Under the pieces are notes generated by a model. The model did no database searches and was not told where the DNA came from. It was given only the letters and a program-made list of their open reading frames with translations. Below are positions 32,557 to 42,815 of a stretch of 64,000 bases of DNA, piece by piece. How positions within the stretch are numbered: the stretch's first letter is position 1; the number at the start of each line of letters is the position of its first letter. Made by a program: the position numbers and the translations under genes. This stretch comes from Candidatus Latescibacterota bacterium (lineage in GTDB: Bacteria > Latescibacterota > CBDEFO01), in assembly GCA_965237525.1 (NCBI GenBank), contig CBDEFO010000008.1:288001-352000 (forward strand), read 5' to 3'.

Positions 32557-33407
32557 TGGAAACAGCACCGGCGCTTCCAAGGTCAAACCGATCAAACTCC
32601 CCCTTCAGATATCCCGGCGGGAAGTTCTACGCCCGCAGAATGATACTTGAGGAGATACCTCAGCACGAGTTCTATTGTGAGCCGTTTGCCGGGGGAGGGA
32701 GTGTGTTTTTCGCTAAAGAAGCGGCGAAGGCATCAGTACTCAACGATCTAGATATCGAGGTCATAAACACGCTCCGGCATATACGAGATCGAGTAGAAGA
32801 CTTGATTGGCCTACTTGACGGAATTCGGGCTACGAAGAAAAACCATGCCTACTACAAGGGCTATAAGCCAACTGACGGCCTTTCTCGTGCTGTCAGGTGG
32901 TTCTACCTCAACCGTACGTCCTACAGTGGAATCATGCGCCGTGAGAACTGCTATTGGGGTTACGGCCGCAAATATTCGATGTGTCCCAAGAACTGGCCTC
33001 CACACCTGCGAACAGTGTCCGACAAGCTGCAAGGCGTGGAGCTGACCACATTGGACTTTGAGATGGTTATTGATGCTTTACCTGATGGGGCTTTTGCATT
33101 TGTGGATCCGCCCTATTACGCATCCGACCAACAGAAGTTCTATGTCTGTCCGTTCACCATGGAAGACCATGACCGTTTACGCCAGTGCCTGAAGAGAAAT
33201 GCAGATCGGGTCATGTTTCTACTAACCTATGACGACCACCCGGACCTGCGGCCTATGTACGAATGGGTCAAGTCTGTCAACAACAGGCAGTGGAACTACA
33301 CGATCAACCGCACGGATGACCAACGCAACGGCACCAAGCTAAAAGACGGATTTCGAGGGTCTAGAAAAAAAGGGAGTGAGTTGTTCATCAGGAACTACCA
33401 TGTCTGA
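32556..33407 (+). CDS. Dam/D12-class DNA adenine methyltransferase
   Basis: FRYPGGK, EPFAGGGSV, YLNRTSYSG, FVDPPY, ELFIRNY; start overlaps transposase stop (TGATG). Confidence 0.93.
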   Translation: METAPALPRSNRSNSPFRYPGGKFYARRMILEEIPQHEFYCEPFAGGGSVFFAKEAAKASVLNDLDIEVINTLRHIRDRVEDLIGLLDGIRATKKNHAYYKGYKPTDGLSRAVRWFYLNRTSYSGIMRRENCYWGYGRKYSMCPKNWPPHLRTVSDKLQGVELTTLDFEMVIDALPDGAFAFVDPPYYASDQQKFYVCPFTMEDHDRLRQCLKRNADRVMFLLTYDDHPDLRPMYEWVKSVNNRQWNYTINRTDDQRNGTKLKDGFRGSRKKGSELFIRNYHV

Positions 33408-34125
33408 TACCGATGAAGTCTATCGGGTTTACAACGGTATCACCGAGTATTGCGAGACATACAATATTCCACGTGAAAACCTGCTCGACATACTGGAGGA
33501 TCAGAAGGTTGTTCCGATGATTCGAGGAAAGGCTACGGAATACATTGGGGCAGCTGTGCTCAAGGAGGCCCTTGATCCGAGAGACTGGATCGTGGAAAAA
33601 CTTAACCTGAATCCTCAGCTTGGAACCCATGACGAGGACGTGAGCATTACGTACAAGCGGACAGGTTGTCGACTGAAAGCAGAGACAAAGAACGCTGTGC
33701 GGGATCACTTCCGGCTCCGTGCGAAATCGATCAAGGTTCCGCACTTTAACGTCAAGTGCCACAAATCACGGAGCCACTTGAAGAAGGCGAGTACGACAAA
33801 CGACAGATATGAGGTCGGAGACTTCGATGTTTTGCTGTGCAATGCGTCCAATGCTGTCTTTCAGGGTAAGACGTTGGACCGAGGCCTACCGCTTATAGAC
33901 GACAACGAGGCGATTGAGTGGCTTAGAGGCTTCTACGATGTGGAGACGGAAGACCAACTCCGCCGAGCAGCATACGACGACTGGAGGTTGTGCTTGCCGG
34001 TCACAATCGCCTCTCCGGACGGAACCCTGCCACGCACCCCGTCGGTGTTGATGGAGAACGACCCAAACTGGTTCGGACTTGATCGCGTTGCGGCCAACCT
34101 TCGCACACTTATCAGTGGGGGATGA
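33400..34125 (+). CDS. Putative type II restriction endonuclease
   Basis: Overlaps MTase end; E...DVSI...AETK fits a PD-(D/E)xK catalytic pattern; no family recognised. Confidence 0.65.
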   Translation: MSDTDEVYRVYNGITEYCETYNIPRENLLDILEDQKVVPMIRGKATEYIGAAVLKEALDPRDWIVEKLNLNPQLGTHDEDVSITYKRTGCRLKAETKNAVRDHFRLRAKSIKVPHFNVKCHKSRSHLKKASTTNDRYEVGDFDVLLCNASNAVFQGKTLDRGLPLIDDNEAIEWLRGFYDVETEDQLRRAAYDDWRLCLPVTIASPDGTLPRTPSVLMENDPNWFGLDRVAANLRTLISGG

Positions 34126-34129
34126 CGAT

Positions 34130-34303
34130 ATGAAGAAACCCAACGACGAGTCCCACTCCGTCCGTGGCCCCGGTCGCCCGGAAAAGCAGGACATTAAGTT
34201 GCCGGCCAGCGCGGAGGAGATCGCCCGTAACATCTTCACCAACGCGAAACCGGTGGACCCGTCAAAGCGCGGCAAGACTACCGACGGCCAGAAAGGAGAT
34301 TGA
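34130..34303 (+). CDS. 57-aa IS-associated microprotein
   Basis: Near-identical to 51217-51387 (SHSVRGPGRPEKQDIKLPASAEEIARNIF.NAKPVDPSKR). Confidence 0.75.
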   Translation: MKKPNDESHSVRGPGRPEKQDIKLPASAEEIARNIFTNAKPVDPSKRGKTTDGQKGD

Positions 34304-34423
34304 GAAGGTTGACCAATGGCCTATCGCAATGCGGGCGGGCTGATACCGAGTGACAACGGTTGGCGTGATTTGACGGATGATGCGATAGCTAGTAAATTGT
34401 TGTAAAGTCCAGAGTTACGGTAC

Positions 34424-34461
34424 AAAAAAAGTGCCCGTCGGTTCGGAGCCGACTGGCACTT
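34424..34461 (-). terminator. Intrinsic terminator-like hairpin within element A
   Basis: AAGTGCCCGTCGG-TTCGGAG-CCGACTGGCACTT preceded by A7 (U-tract on minus strand). Confidence 0.55.
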
Positions 34462-34499
34462 AAATACAAAAACACTCTTTACCAAGAGGAGGTATTTGT

Positions 34500-34811
34500 A
34501 TGCCTCAACGTACGACTCCACAACCAGCGTGTCAAGCGTCATTTGTTGAATTCCTGGAAGGGTTCTCGGAAGGGTTCTCACGATCCCTCAAACCTTTCCA
34601 GGAATTAGCGGAAGTGGCCTCCCAAACTCCCGTTTTCAAGTTGTTCCGGGACGCGACTAGATCAATGGCGCAATTTCCTATCCCTGATTTACGGCCGACA
34701 GTAGAAGCGCTCTCGCAGACCACCACTGTGCAAGATATTCTTATTGGCTATCTGAGAAGTCCTACGATAGAGGGCACCGGGATTCAGTCATTCAGAGCCG
34801 CCATCTGGTAA
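34500..34811 (+). CDS. Hypothetical protein running into the right TIR
   Basis: GAGGAGGT RBS before ATG; no recognisable motif. Confidence 0.45.
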   Translation: MPQRTTPQPACQASFVEFLEGFSEGFSRSLKPFQELAEVASQTPVFKLFRDATRSMAQFPIPDLRPTVEALSQTTTVQDILIGYLRSPTIEGTGIQSFRAAIW

Positions 34812-34831
34812 CTTTGGTATATAATCCCCTA

Positions 34832-37327
34832 ATGTTCAAAGTGACCTCTATATGCGTTGGTGTGATGGTGGTTTTCCTGGCGTCGAGAGTTATCGCGCTA
34901 CCTCCCGGGCGGCATCCAGTTCTCCTCTACGAAGAGGTTGATATTCCGGTCATCAAAGATAGGATCGAAAGGGAGCCTTACGCCTCGTGGTGGGCCTGGA
35001 TAAAGGGAAAGTCCGATGAAGCTCTCTCCAAATCGGCAGGCCAGTTGGGGGATGAAAGGCAAAAGACGAGGTTTGCAAAGGCATTGGCGTTCGCATATAT
35101 GATTACACAGGATTCGACCTACGCTCAGAAAGCAATAGATGTTATGAAGGCTGTGAAGTTCCCTCCCGGAGGGGGTAACCTGGGTGAGCCTCATGCCGAA
35201 GCAGAGGGGGCGGCTAACTATTTTGAGGCCTACGATATGCTGTATAATTATCTCAGAGGTGATTTGGACTCTGATGGGACTATAAGGGCGATAGCCGCAG
35301 AAGAGGCCGACAGGCTCTACGGAGGGCTTTTTGTACAGTTGGGATTCTTCAAGATACCCCTTTGGCAGACTCCTCACAAGGACAACTGGCATATCAGGGC
35401 TTACTCAGCACTCGGAATGGGGGCGATCGTTCTGTCGGATTACGTAGGGGAAAGTTCGACTCCCGACCAGTGGGACGAAAGGGCCAGATCAGTGGTTATG
35501 GAGACTATGGATTATCAGATAGATGCAAATGGAGGATACGCCGAGGGACCCTTCTACAGCCAATATGCAGCGGATATATATATGCCCTATCTGTTGGCTT
35601 TGAAGAGATTCTCAGGCGAGGACCTTTTGAATGATTCCAAGATCCACTCTATGCACGATTGGTCTTTGAATATAAGGTTGCCAGATGGATCGAGGCCAAA
35701 CGTGGACGATGCGCATCTGTCGTATTTCTTCGGGAATTACCTATCCTCAGTTTATCCAGACGGAGCTGTGCACGCCTGGGACTGGGGTAACGCAAGAGAT
35801 CTATATGCCGCCGACTTCTACAGGGTTGACGCAGTGGCTCTGTATGACGACAGCGTCCAGCCTCGGGAGCCTAATCTCAACGCGACGGTTTTTATGCCAG
35901 AAGCTGGCGACGCCGTATTCAGAAGCGACTGGTCGAGGGACGCTATATATATGCTCTTAAGGGGAGAGCACGGAAAGGCAAGGACTAACGGTCTTTCACA
36001 CGAGCACCCCGACGGCACCAGCTTTATTATCTTCGCCTACGGAGAGATGTTAGCTCTGGACGCTGGATATATCGAGTTCGCACAGCACCACAAGGTCAAC
36101 AAAGCGCTTAACCACAACCTCATCTTGGTCGATGGGAAGGGGCCTCCTCTAATCGAATTGTTGGGTAACGTTATAGGAGCAGGAGTGGATGCGACTATCA
36201 GTAACTTCTTCAGCACGAACTTCCTAGACTACGCGGAAGTGAAGGCAAGGTACCAGAATACGAATTTCGTAAGGAGCGTGTTCTTTGCGGATAATAAGTA
36301 CTTCGTGATAATAGACGATATTGATGCTGGGGCGGTGCATGCGTACGAATGGCTTCTGCACGGCAACGGAGGCGGCACGAGTGGTGGGGAATTTGAATCC
36401 AGGGAGAAAGGCGTAAAATGGAGGATCAACGATGTGGAGCTTATAGCCTACATAGCAGCTCCTAACAATGCAAAGATGATCCTAGAGGAGGGAGGCACAG
36501 CGGGTGTTCACTCCTTCAGCTACAGGCAGGAGTTGACGCATACAGTCTTGAAGGCGAGGGCTTCGGGAGAAGATTTGAAATTTCTGAGCGTGCTCTATCC
36601 TAAAGCTGTAGATAGCGATGAGCCTGAGATCATCGCGCTGGCCGCAGAAGGAGGAAGAGGAGTAAAGGTGAATGAAGATGCGATAGCGTACAAAAATAGG
36701 GACTCGGCGGGTTTAAGCTTACATAGTTTAAGTGCAGACAACGATACCGTTCGGACAGATGGTGAAGCACTATTTGTTAAGTCGTCCCCGCGTCTGCAGC
36801 CCGCATTTGAACTGTTCGACAGAAACTCCTTCCCAGCGTGGCTCGGCTGGGGATCTGTAGGTAGATTCAGCGTTCTGGGCGGAAGATTCCTGAAAGTGGG
36901 ATCTGACAGTCTATTTAGTTCATCGGAGAAGATAAGACTTGCGCTCGATGCGAATGAGCTGGAATCCTCATTAGAGGGATATTTTAGCGGTCAAAATCCC
37001 TTCAGTCTAAAGTTGTGGACAACGCTGGAACCAGATTCAGTCTATGTAAATGACGCGCCCCTGGACTTTTCCTTCTCTCCCAAAAGTGACATCCTGACCT
37101 TAAATCTTCAGGGACAGGGAACTCTAAAGATGGTCCTTATACCTGTCAGGAGCGATTTCAACAGAGACCGTGATGTCGGTCTCGGAGATTTTGTACTATT
37201 CCTCGATGTCTTCGGATCATCCGCCGGGACAACGAATTATAGTCCTATATTTGATTTAGACGAAGACGGTGAAGTCGGTTTGAGCGATTTTGTGATCTTT
37301 CTGGACGATTTTGGCAGCAGTTTATGA
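34832..37327 (+). CDS. Secreted heparinase II/III-family polysaccharide lyase with C-terminal dockerin-like EF-hand pair
   Basis: Signal peptide; GGYAEGPFY, VFRSDWS, HEHPDGTSF, LALDAG, HNLILVDG; tail DFNRDRDVGLGDF...DLDEDGEVGLSDF. Confidence 0.8.
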   Translation: MFKVTSICVGVMVVFLASRVIALPPGRHPVLLYEEVDIPVIKDRIEREPYASWWAWIKGKSDEALSKSAGQLGDERQKTRFAKALAFAYMITQDSTYAQKAIDVMKAVKFPPGGGNLGEPHAEAEGAANYFEAYDMLYNYLRGDLDSDGTIRAIAAEEADRLYGGLFVQLGFFKIPLWQTPHKDNWHIRAYSALGMGAIVLSDYVGESSTPDQWDERARSVVMETMDYQIDANGGYAEGPFYSQYAADIYMPYLLALKRFSGEDLLNDSKIHSMHDWSLNIRLPDGSRPNVDDAHLSYFFGNYLSSVYPDGAVHAWDWGNARDLYAADFYRVDAVALYDDSVQPREPNLNATVFMPEAGDAVFRSDWSRDAIYMLLRGEHGKARTNGLSHEHPDGTSFIIFAYGEMLALDAGYIEFAQHHKVNKALNHNLILVDGKGPPLIELLGNVIGAGVDATISNFFSTNFLDYAEVKARYQNTNFVRSVFFADNKYFVIIDDIDAGAVHAYEWLLHGNGGGTSGGEFESREKGVKWRINDVELIAYIAAPNNAKMILEEGGTAGVHSFSYRQELTHTVLKARASGEDLKFLSVLYPKAVDSDEPEIIALAAEGGRGVKVNEDAIAYKNRDSAGLSLHSLSADNDTVRTDGEALFVKSSPRLQPAFELFDRNSFPAWLGWGSVGRFSVLGGRFLKVGSDSLFSSSEKIRLALDANELESSLEGYFSGQNPFSLKLWTTLEPDSVYVNDAPLDFSFSPKSDILTLNLQGQGTLKMVLIPVRSDFNRDRDVGLGDFVLFLDVFGSSAGTTNYSPIFDLDEDGEVGLSDFVIFLDDFGSSL

Positions 37328-37469
37328 GTAACAGATGAACGGGGATGAGAGAAAGTGTCCCAATCTGCTGGACAGACAAGAATGTCTGTATTACCTGCGA
37401 AATTGTTTCGCTGCCTCCCGAGTGAGTAGGGGTCGCGATGACAGTATAGTAGGCTCGCAACGAAATTGC

Positions 37470-37925
37470 TTAGCTTCGACTCTTAGTCATTGCGAGAGGC
37501 TTATGACCCGAAGATAGGGCCTTGGGTATCCAGGGTTTGAGCCCATCTAAGCGGATCTGCACTATATGTTTTTCCCATTCGGACTTCTGCTCGGTAAAGA
37601 GGCTTGACCTGATAGGAGTGTCGGAAAAGATCGTTTTCCAATCGGTATTTGCGATCAGAGATTCTATCTCGTCAGGGGAATATCCTGAAGCGTAAAGCCC
37701 TCCCATCACGCTGCCCATGCTTGACCCAGCGATCATATCTATGGTTACATTCTCCCTATCAAGCGCTCTAAGCACAGCTATCTGAGCGCTGCCCCTTGCT
37801 TCGCCTCCACTTAATGTCAGACCGATTTGGGGTCTCTTGGATCCGGACTCGCCTGCGACCTGCCGTGTAAGAAGAGCGACTGGAAGGAGAAGTAATGTGA
37901 TAATTAGAGCTATCATCGTGTGCAT
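37470..37925 (-). pseudogene. Truncated patatin-like phospholipase
   Basis: GLTLSGGEARG and AGSSMGS motifs; ends in a REP-like repeat before the DGG motif. Confidence 0.75.
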
Positions 37926-38329
37926 TGTGTGCCTCGGCGATTTCAAAGTACTCGCAGACAAATATATGACAAACTCAGAGATCAGTTAAGCCGCAAGATT
38001 CGTAATCTTTCTGTATCTTTGTATTTGTACTTTTACAGACTGAATTTCGATTCTTGACAAATCACAAAAAAACATTATCACTGCACCCATAGAAGTTGTC
38101 ATCTGTTCCTAAGTCGCTGTTATCGTATAAAGAGGGTCCACATCAGTCATTTCCAGAGAGGACAGATCTGTCCTGCTTTTGATCTTCACTCTATACTGTC
38201 TGCAAGATAGCTTTGGTGGCCCTTCGGTTCGCTCTGGGCTTCGGCTGATAAGCAGACTTTTTACTTCTACTTTCAGTCATAAAAAGAGTCAAATGCCCGA
38301 ACCAGACTCATCCTACTGTTTACTTTCTA

Positions 38330-38358
38330 TTGACTTATAGGAGATCCTTTTCTATATT
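38330..38358 (+). promoter_or_regulatory. Sigma70-type promoter
   Basis: TTGACT-N17-TATATT. Confidence 0.55.
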
Positions 38359-38432
38359 GTTATTGATACGTATTGAAGCAGAAAAAACTTTAGGGCATAT
38401 TCAAATTAAATTTACAAGGAGGGGAATGGGCA

Positions 38433-39596
38433 ATGATTACGCCTGTTATAATGCCAAAGTTGGGATTGACAATGGAGAAAGGGTCAGTGGCAGAGTGGCG
38501 CGCAAAGGAGGGGGAAAGAATAGCAAAGGGCGAGCCGCTCTTTGTGGCGACGACCGATAAGGCGGATATGGAGATAGAGGCCCCGGCATCTGGTATTTTG
38601 AGGAAGATCCTCGTTGACATGGACGTGGATGTGCCGGTGACCGAGCATATCGCGATCATAGCGGACGAAGACGACGATATAAGCGAATATTTGAAGGGAG
38701 CAGAGCCCGCGAAAGTTGAACAGACAAAAGAGGTCGCAGAGCCCGCACAGACGATAGTCCAAGAGGAAAAGGCTCCCGCCAAGAGCCCAGGAGGAAGGAT
38801 AATTGCGTCTCCTGCGGCAAAGAGGATCGCGAAGGAAAGGGGAATAGATCTTTCCCTCATAGAAGGCACAGGCCCCGGAGGAAGGATTACTACTGAAGAC
38901 GTGGAGAGATTCTCCCCCGAAGAAGCAGTAAAGATAAAGGAGGAACTAGTCCCCTTAACAAGAATAGAGGGTGTAGCAGCTGAAAGATTAACGGAGGCAT
39001 CGAGGGATATTCCTCACATCAATCTCTTTATGGACGTAAATTGCGAAAGCATAGTCCAGATAAGAGTGGATCTGAGCCAAAAGGGGATCTCTGCCTCCTA
39101 CAACGACATTATCGTCAAAGCCCTCGCCTCCACCCTGAGGGAGTTCCCAAGGGTCAATTCGATCCTGGAGGGGGTAAATATCAGGTTGCTCCCCGACATA
39201 AATATAGGGATCGCCACAGCTACAGATCAGGGTCTAATGGTTCCGGTCTTAAAAAATGCGGGCAGGATGGACATTGCTGGGATAGCACAAGAGACCGCCA
39301 AGTTGACAGAGTCGGCAAGGAGCGGGACATTGAGCCTAGACGACATAAGCGGAGGCACATTTACGATCACCAATCTGGGGATGTACGGCGTCAGCAGGTT
39401 TACGGCTATCATAAATCCCCCTCAGGTGGCTATCCTATCTGTGGGGGCTATAGTAAAAAGGGTGGTCGTAGTTGACGATAACACTTTCAAGATACAGCCT
39501 ACGATGACTCTGAACTTAGTCTGCGATCACAGGGTAATAGACGGAGCCTTAGGGGCTAACTTTTTGAAGAGGTTGAAAGAAACTTTAGAGCAGTAG
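38433..39596 (+). CDS. 2-oxo-acid dehydrogenase E2 (dihydrolipoamide acyltransferase)
   Basis: Lipoyl domain TDKA, E3-binding ASPAAKR..GTGPGGRI, GGTFTITNLG, DHRVIDGA. Confidence 0.95.
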   Translation: MITPVIMPKLGLTMEKGSVAEWRAKEGERIAKGEPLFVATTDKADMEIEAPASGILRKILVDMDVDVPVTEHIAIIADEDDDISEYLKGAEPAKVEQTKEVAEPAQTIVQEEKAPAKSPGGRIIASPAAKRIAKERGIDLSLIEGTGPGGRITTEDVERFSPEEAVKIKEELVPLTRIEGVAAERLTEASRDIPHINLFMDVNCESIVQIRVDLSQKGISASYNDIIVKALASTLREFPRVNSILEGVNIRLLPDINIGIATATDQGLMVPVLKNAGRMDIAGIAQETAKLTESARSGTLSLDDISGGTFTITNLGMYGVSRFTAIINPPQVAILSVGAIVKRVVVVDDNTFKIQPTMTLNLVCDHRVIDGALGANFLKRLKETLEQ

Positions 39597-39682
39597 ACAG
39601 TAGAACAGACATTCTTGTCTGTTCTGTTTAGACAGAATATCAGACAGGAATGTCTGACCTACCCTGCTGTATGGGGCAGGAG

Positions 39683-41146
39683 ATGAACCTTCACAGGGGA
39701 AAAATAGGAAACAGACTTGTAGTAACCTTTATATCCTTCGTGACTTTGATTATAGGTTTAAGCGGCTGGTTGCTCTACAGGTCAGCCAGGAGGAATCTGG
39801 ACGACGAACTCGGCACGAAGCTTATAGCCATAGCTCAGACAGTAGCCGTTCAGATAGATCCTGGCGTCCTTTTGAGATTGGAACCCGGATACGAAGAGAG
39901 CCGCACCTACAGGAATATACTGCGAAAACTCCAGAGGACCAAAGACGCTACGGATGTAAGAAAACTCTACATCTTCGACAGCCAGAACAGAGGCATTGTA
40001 GATAGCGATCCTAATGTTCCTATCGGGTATGAGTACGTGAGGCTCAAGTCCGACTTAAGGGAACTACGGTCTGTATGGAGCGGAAAAGCGGCTCACTCTG
40101 TCCTCTTTAAGGGAAACGACGGGAGATTTTACAAGACAGGATATGCCCCTCTAATAGATGATCAAGGCAAGACTGTAGCTGTCGTTGCGGTTCAGACGGG
40201 CGCGGCCTTTGTCCGGACGATAGAGAACTTCAAACGGAACGTCATTATGTTCGGGACGATAGCCCTCGCCTTAGCGATTGTAATTGGTCTTTTTTTGTCC
40301 AGGACTATAACAGATCCGATAGACAGTCTTGTGGAGGCAGCAAGGAGAATCGGAAGCGGGGACATGGAGACCCCTGTCCAGGTGGAGTCCAGAGATGAGG
40401 TCGGATACCTGGCTCTGTCTATGGACAGAATGAGAAAAGATGTAACAGAAAGAGATAACAGACTCAAGATGATGCTATCAGCGGTCGCTCACGAGATACG
40501 AAACCCTTTAGGAGGCATTGAGATATTCGCTAGTTTGATACAGGACGAACTTGAAAGTGGGTCGCAGGAACAGGAAAACGCAAAGAAGATAATAAAGGAA
40601 TCAAGGAACCTCGACAGGATAATAACCGAGTTTTTGGATTTCGCCAGACCCTCCGAGCCTCAAAAGTCATCCGTATCGTTGAAATCGTTGATAGACGAAG
40701 CCTATTCACTAGTTTCGACTGAAATTGAGAACAAGAAGATAGATTTCAAGACTCAACTGAACGATGGCGAGGTCAATGTCTATGTTGATCCCGAACAGAT
40801 CAAAAGGGCGCTGATAAACGTTTTCAAAAACGCAGTTCAGGCTATGCCAAAGGGAGGCTGTCTGACCGTAAGAGACGGTGAGACCACCCCTCGGGAGATA
40901 GAATCTAACGTAGACTCCGTCGGAAAATTGGCCTCTGTGCTTGTGGAGGACACAGGGCCGGGCATACCCGAGAAGGATATTGATAAGCTCTTTGAACCTT
41001 TCTTTACGACCAAGGAAAAGGGAGTTGGATTAAGGCTTTCGATAGTCAAAAAGACCATCCAGGACAACGGCGGATCGATAGAGGCTCAAACAGGCTCGAA
41101 AGGAGCGATCTTTCGCATTGATCTGCCGCTTTCTAAGAGATCATAG
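39683..41146 (+). CDS. HAMP-domain sensor histidine kinase
   Basis: Two TMs, HAMP, AHEIRNPL, NAVQAM, DTGPGI, FEPFFTTK. Confidence 0.95.
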   Translation: MNLHRGKIGNRLVVTFISFVTLIIGLSGWLLYRSARRNLDDELGTKLIAIAQTVAVQIDPGVLLRLEPGYEESRTYRNILRKLQRTKDATDVRKLYIFDSQNRGIVDSDPNVPIGYEYVRLKSDLRELRSVWSGKAAHSVLFKGNDGRFYKTGYAPLIDDQGKTVAVVAVQTGAAFVRTIENFKRNVIMFGTIALALAIVIGLFLSRTITDPIDSLVEAARRIGSGDMETPVQVESRDEVGYLALSMDRMRKDVTERDNRLKMMLSAVAHEIRNPLGGIEIFASLIQDELESGSQEQENAKKIIKESRNLDRIITEFLDFARPSEPQKSSVSLKSLIDEAYSLVSTEIENKKIDFKTQLNDGEVNVYVDPEQIKRALINVFKNAVQAMPKGGCLTVRDGETTPREIESNVDSVGKLASVLVEDTGPGIPEKDIDKLFEPFFTTKEKGVGLRLSIVKKTIQDNGGSIEAQTGSKGAIFRIDLPLSKRS

Positions 41147-41148
41147 AT

Positions 41149-41196
41149 GTAGGGGCTGGGTTTCCCAGCCATCGGGCGAGGTAACCTTCCCCCTAC
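41149..41196. repeat. REPIN-like inverted GTAG repeat pair
   Basis: GTAGGGGCTGGG...CCCAGCC...CCCCCTAC. Confidence 0.6.
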
Positions 41197-41212
41197 AAAC
41201 TGTCTAGTAAGT

Positions 41213-42592
41213 ATGAGCAATATACTGGTCATAGAGGACAACGACACGATGAGGGATGGAATATCCCTGATACTCCAAAAGGAAGGTCATCAGGTAACTG
41301 AGGCTCTCGAGGGTAAGGAGGGAGTGGAGACCTTCCGAAAGGGAAAGTTCGATCTTGTCATCACGGACTACAGGATGGAGGACATGGACGACGTCGAGGT
41401 GCTCAAAGAGCTCAAACAAATAGACGAAAACGTGGACGTAGTCCTCATAACGGCATACGGAACGATACCCATAGCTGTGGAGGTTATGAAGACAGGGGCA
41501 GCGGACTTTATTACCAAGCCTTTTTCTCCCGATGAATTTAAGATCAAAATAGATAAGGTCCTGCAATTTAGAGAGGCTAAGACCTTGGGGAGAAAGCTTG
41601 TCGAGGAGAACCGATATCTTAGGGAGGAGATAGAGGTCCGGTACAACTTCAAGGAGATAGTCGGAAGATCTCCTAGTATGATGGAGGTATTAAGCAAGAT
41701 AGGAAAAATAGCGCGCACCGATTCCTCCGTTCTGATTCAGGGCGAAAGCGGAACAGGAAAGGAGCTTGTGGCAAGGGCTATTCACTTTCAAAGCCCCAGA
41801 AAGGACGGGCCATTTATAAAGGTCAACTGCGCCGCGCTTGCAGAAGGGGTCTTAGAAAGCGAACTTTTCGGCCATGAAAAAGGGTCGTTTACGGGGGCCT
41901 TAAGGCAGAAGAAGGGGAAATTTGAACTTGCAGAGAGCGGCTCGATATTCTTAGATGAGATAGGCGACATACCGCAATCTGTGCAGATCAGGCTCCTTAG
42001 GGTCTTACAGGAAAAGGAGATAGAGCGGGTCGGAGGCGAAAGAACTATTAGTCTCGATGTCCGAATTGTCGCAGCTACTAACAAGGATCTCAAGGAGTTG
42101 GTCTCAGAGGGCAAGTTCAGAGAAGACATCTACTACCGGCTGAACATCATTCCCTTAGAACTTCCCCCCTTAAGGGACAGGAGAGAGGACATCAAGGAAC
42201 TGGTGTGCCACTTCCTAAACCTCAAATGTTTGGACATGAAGATAAAGAAGATGGGCATTGAGCCGGAAGCTATGGACATCCTCTCCCACTACGATTGGCC
42301 CGGAAATGTCAGAGAACTTGAAAACATTATAGAAAGAGCCGTAGTCCTATCCGACGGAGACACCATCAAGGCTAGCGATCTTCCCATACTGCTTGAGATT
42401 CCCCTCTCAAACGATTTCCTAAGACTCCCTAAAGAGGACATCCCTCTAAACGACGCCATTGAGAGCCTTGAAAGACAGCTTATAGAAAAAGCTATGGACA
42501 AGGCCTCCGGCGTTAAGATGAAGGCGTCCCAAATACTGGGGCTAAAGACGAGCGCCCTCTATTATAAGCTCGAAAAGTACGGGATGGTATGA
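41213..42592 (+). CDS. NtrC/AtoC-family sigma54-dependent response regulator
   Basis: Receiver domain, GESGTGKE, ESELFGHEKGSFTGA, FLDEIGD, WPGNVREL, Fis-type HTH. Confidence 0.96.
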   Translation: MSNILVIEDNDTMRDGISLILQKEGHQVTEALEGKEGVETFRKGKFDLVITDYRMEDMDDVEVLKELKQIDENVDVVLITAYGTIPIAVEVMKTGAADFITKPFSPDEFKIKIDKVLQFREAKTLGRKLVEENRYLREEIEVRYNFKEIVGRSPSMMEVLSKIGKIARTDSSVLIQGESGTGKELVARAIHFQSPRKDGPFIKVNCAALAEGVLESELFGHEKGSFTGALRQKKGKFELAESGSIFLDEIGDIPQSVQIRLLRVLQEKEIERVGGERTISLDVRIVAATNKDLKELVSEGKFREDIYYRLNIIPLELPPLRDRREDIKELVCHFLNLKCLDMKIKKMGIEPEAMDILSHYDWPGNVRELENIIERAVVLSDGDTIKASDLPILLEIPLSNDFLRLPKEDIPLNDAIESLERQLIEKAMDKASGVKMKASQILGLKTSALYYKLEKYGMV

Positions 42593-42815
42593 TTTTTGCG
42601 CTATATTTTTGACAGGTAGGGGTGAACCCGTATATTCGCCCAACATGGACAAAGTTACCCTGCAAGATCAATGTCGGTACAGGGTTTCCCTTCCCACGCG
42701 CGAGGCGCCGTGGCCGCTTTGTCAGGGAGGATGAGATGCAGCGAGCAAAGCCGGAAGTGCCGTAGGCCGTACAGACACGGTAGACAGATTTACATTCAGG
42801 AGATGACAGATCCTA

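Larger units (their letters stand above)
31514..34829 (+). mobile_element. IS1595-family passenger element A (ISNwi1-like ends) carrying an R-M pair
   Basis: 27-bp TIRs GGGAATTATATACCAAAGTTACCAGAT / rc GGGGATTATATACCAAAGTTACCAGAT (1 mismatch); 8-bp TSD TAATGTTC at 31506-13 and 34830-37. Confidence 0.96.

Noticed and set aside
31597..32595. Long antisense ORF over transposase A (likewise 48437-49267 and 49294-50685)
   Set aside because: Shadow frames of GC-rich coding sequence with no recognisable motifs
34814..34831. ORF-track start of the lyase (MVYNPL)
   Set aside because: Lies in the right TIR; the native start is the ATG at 34832 within the TSD
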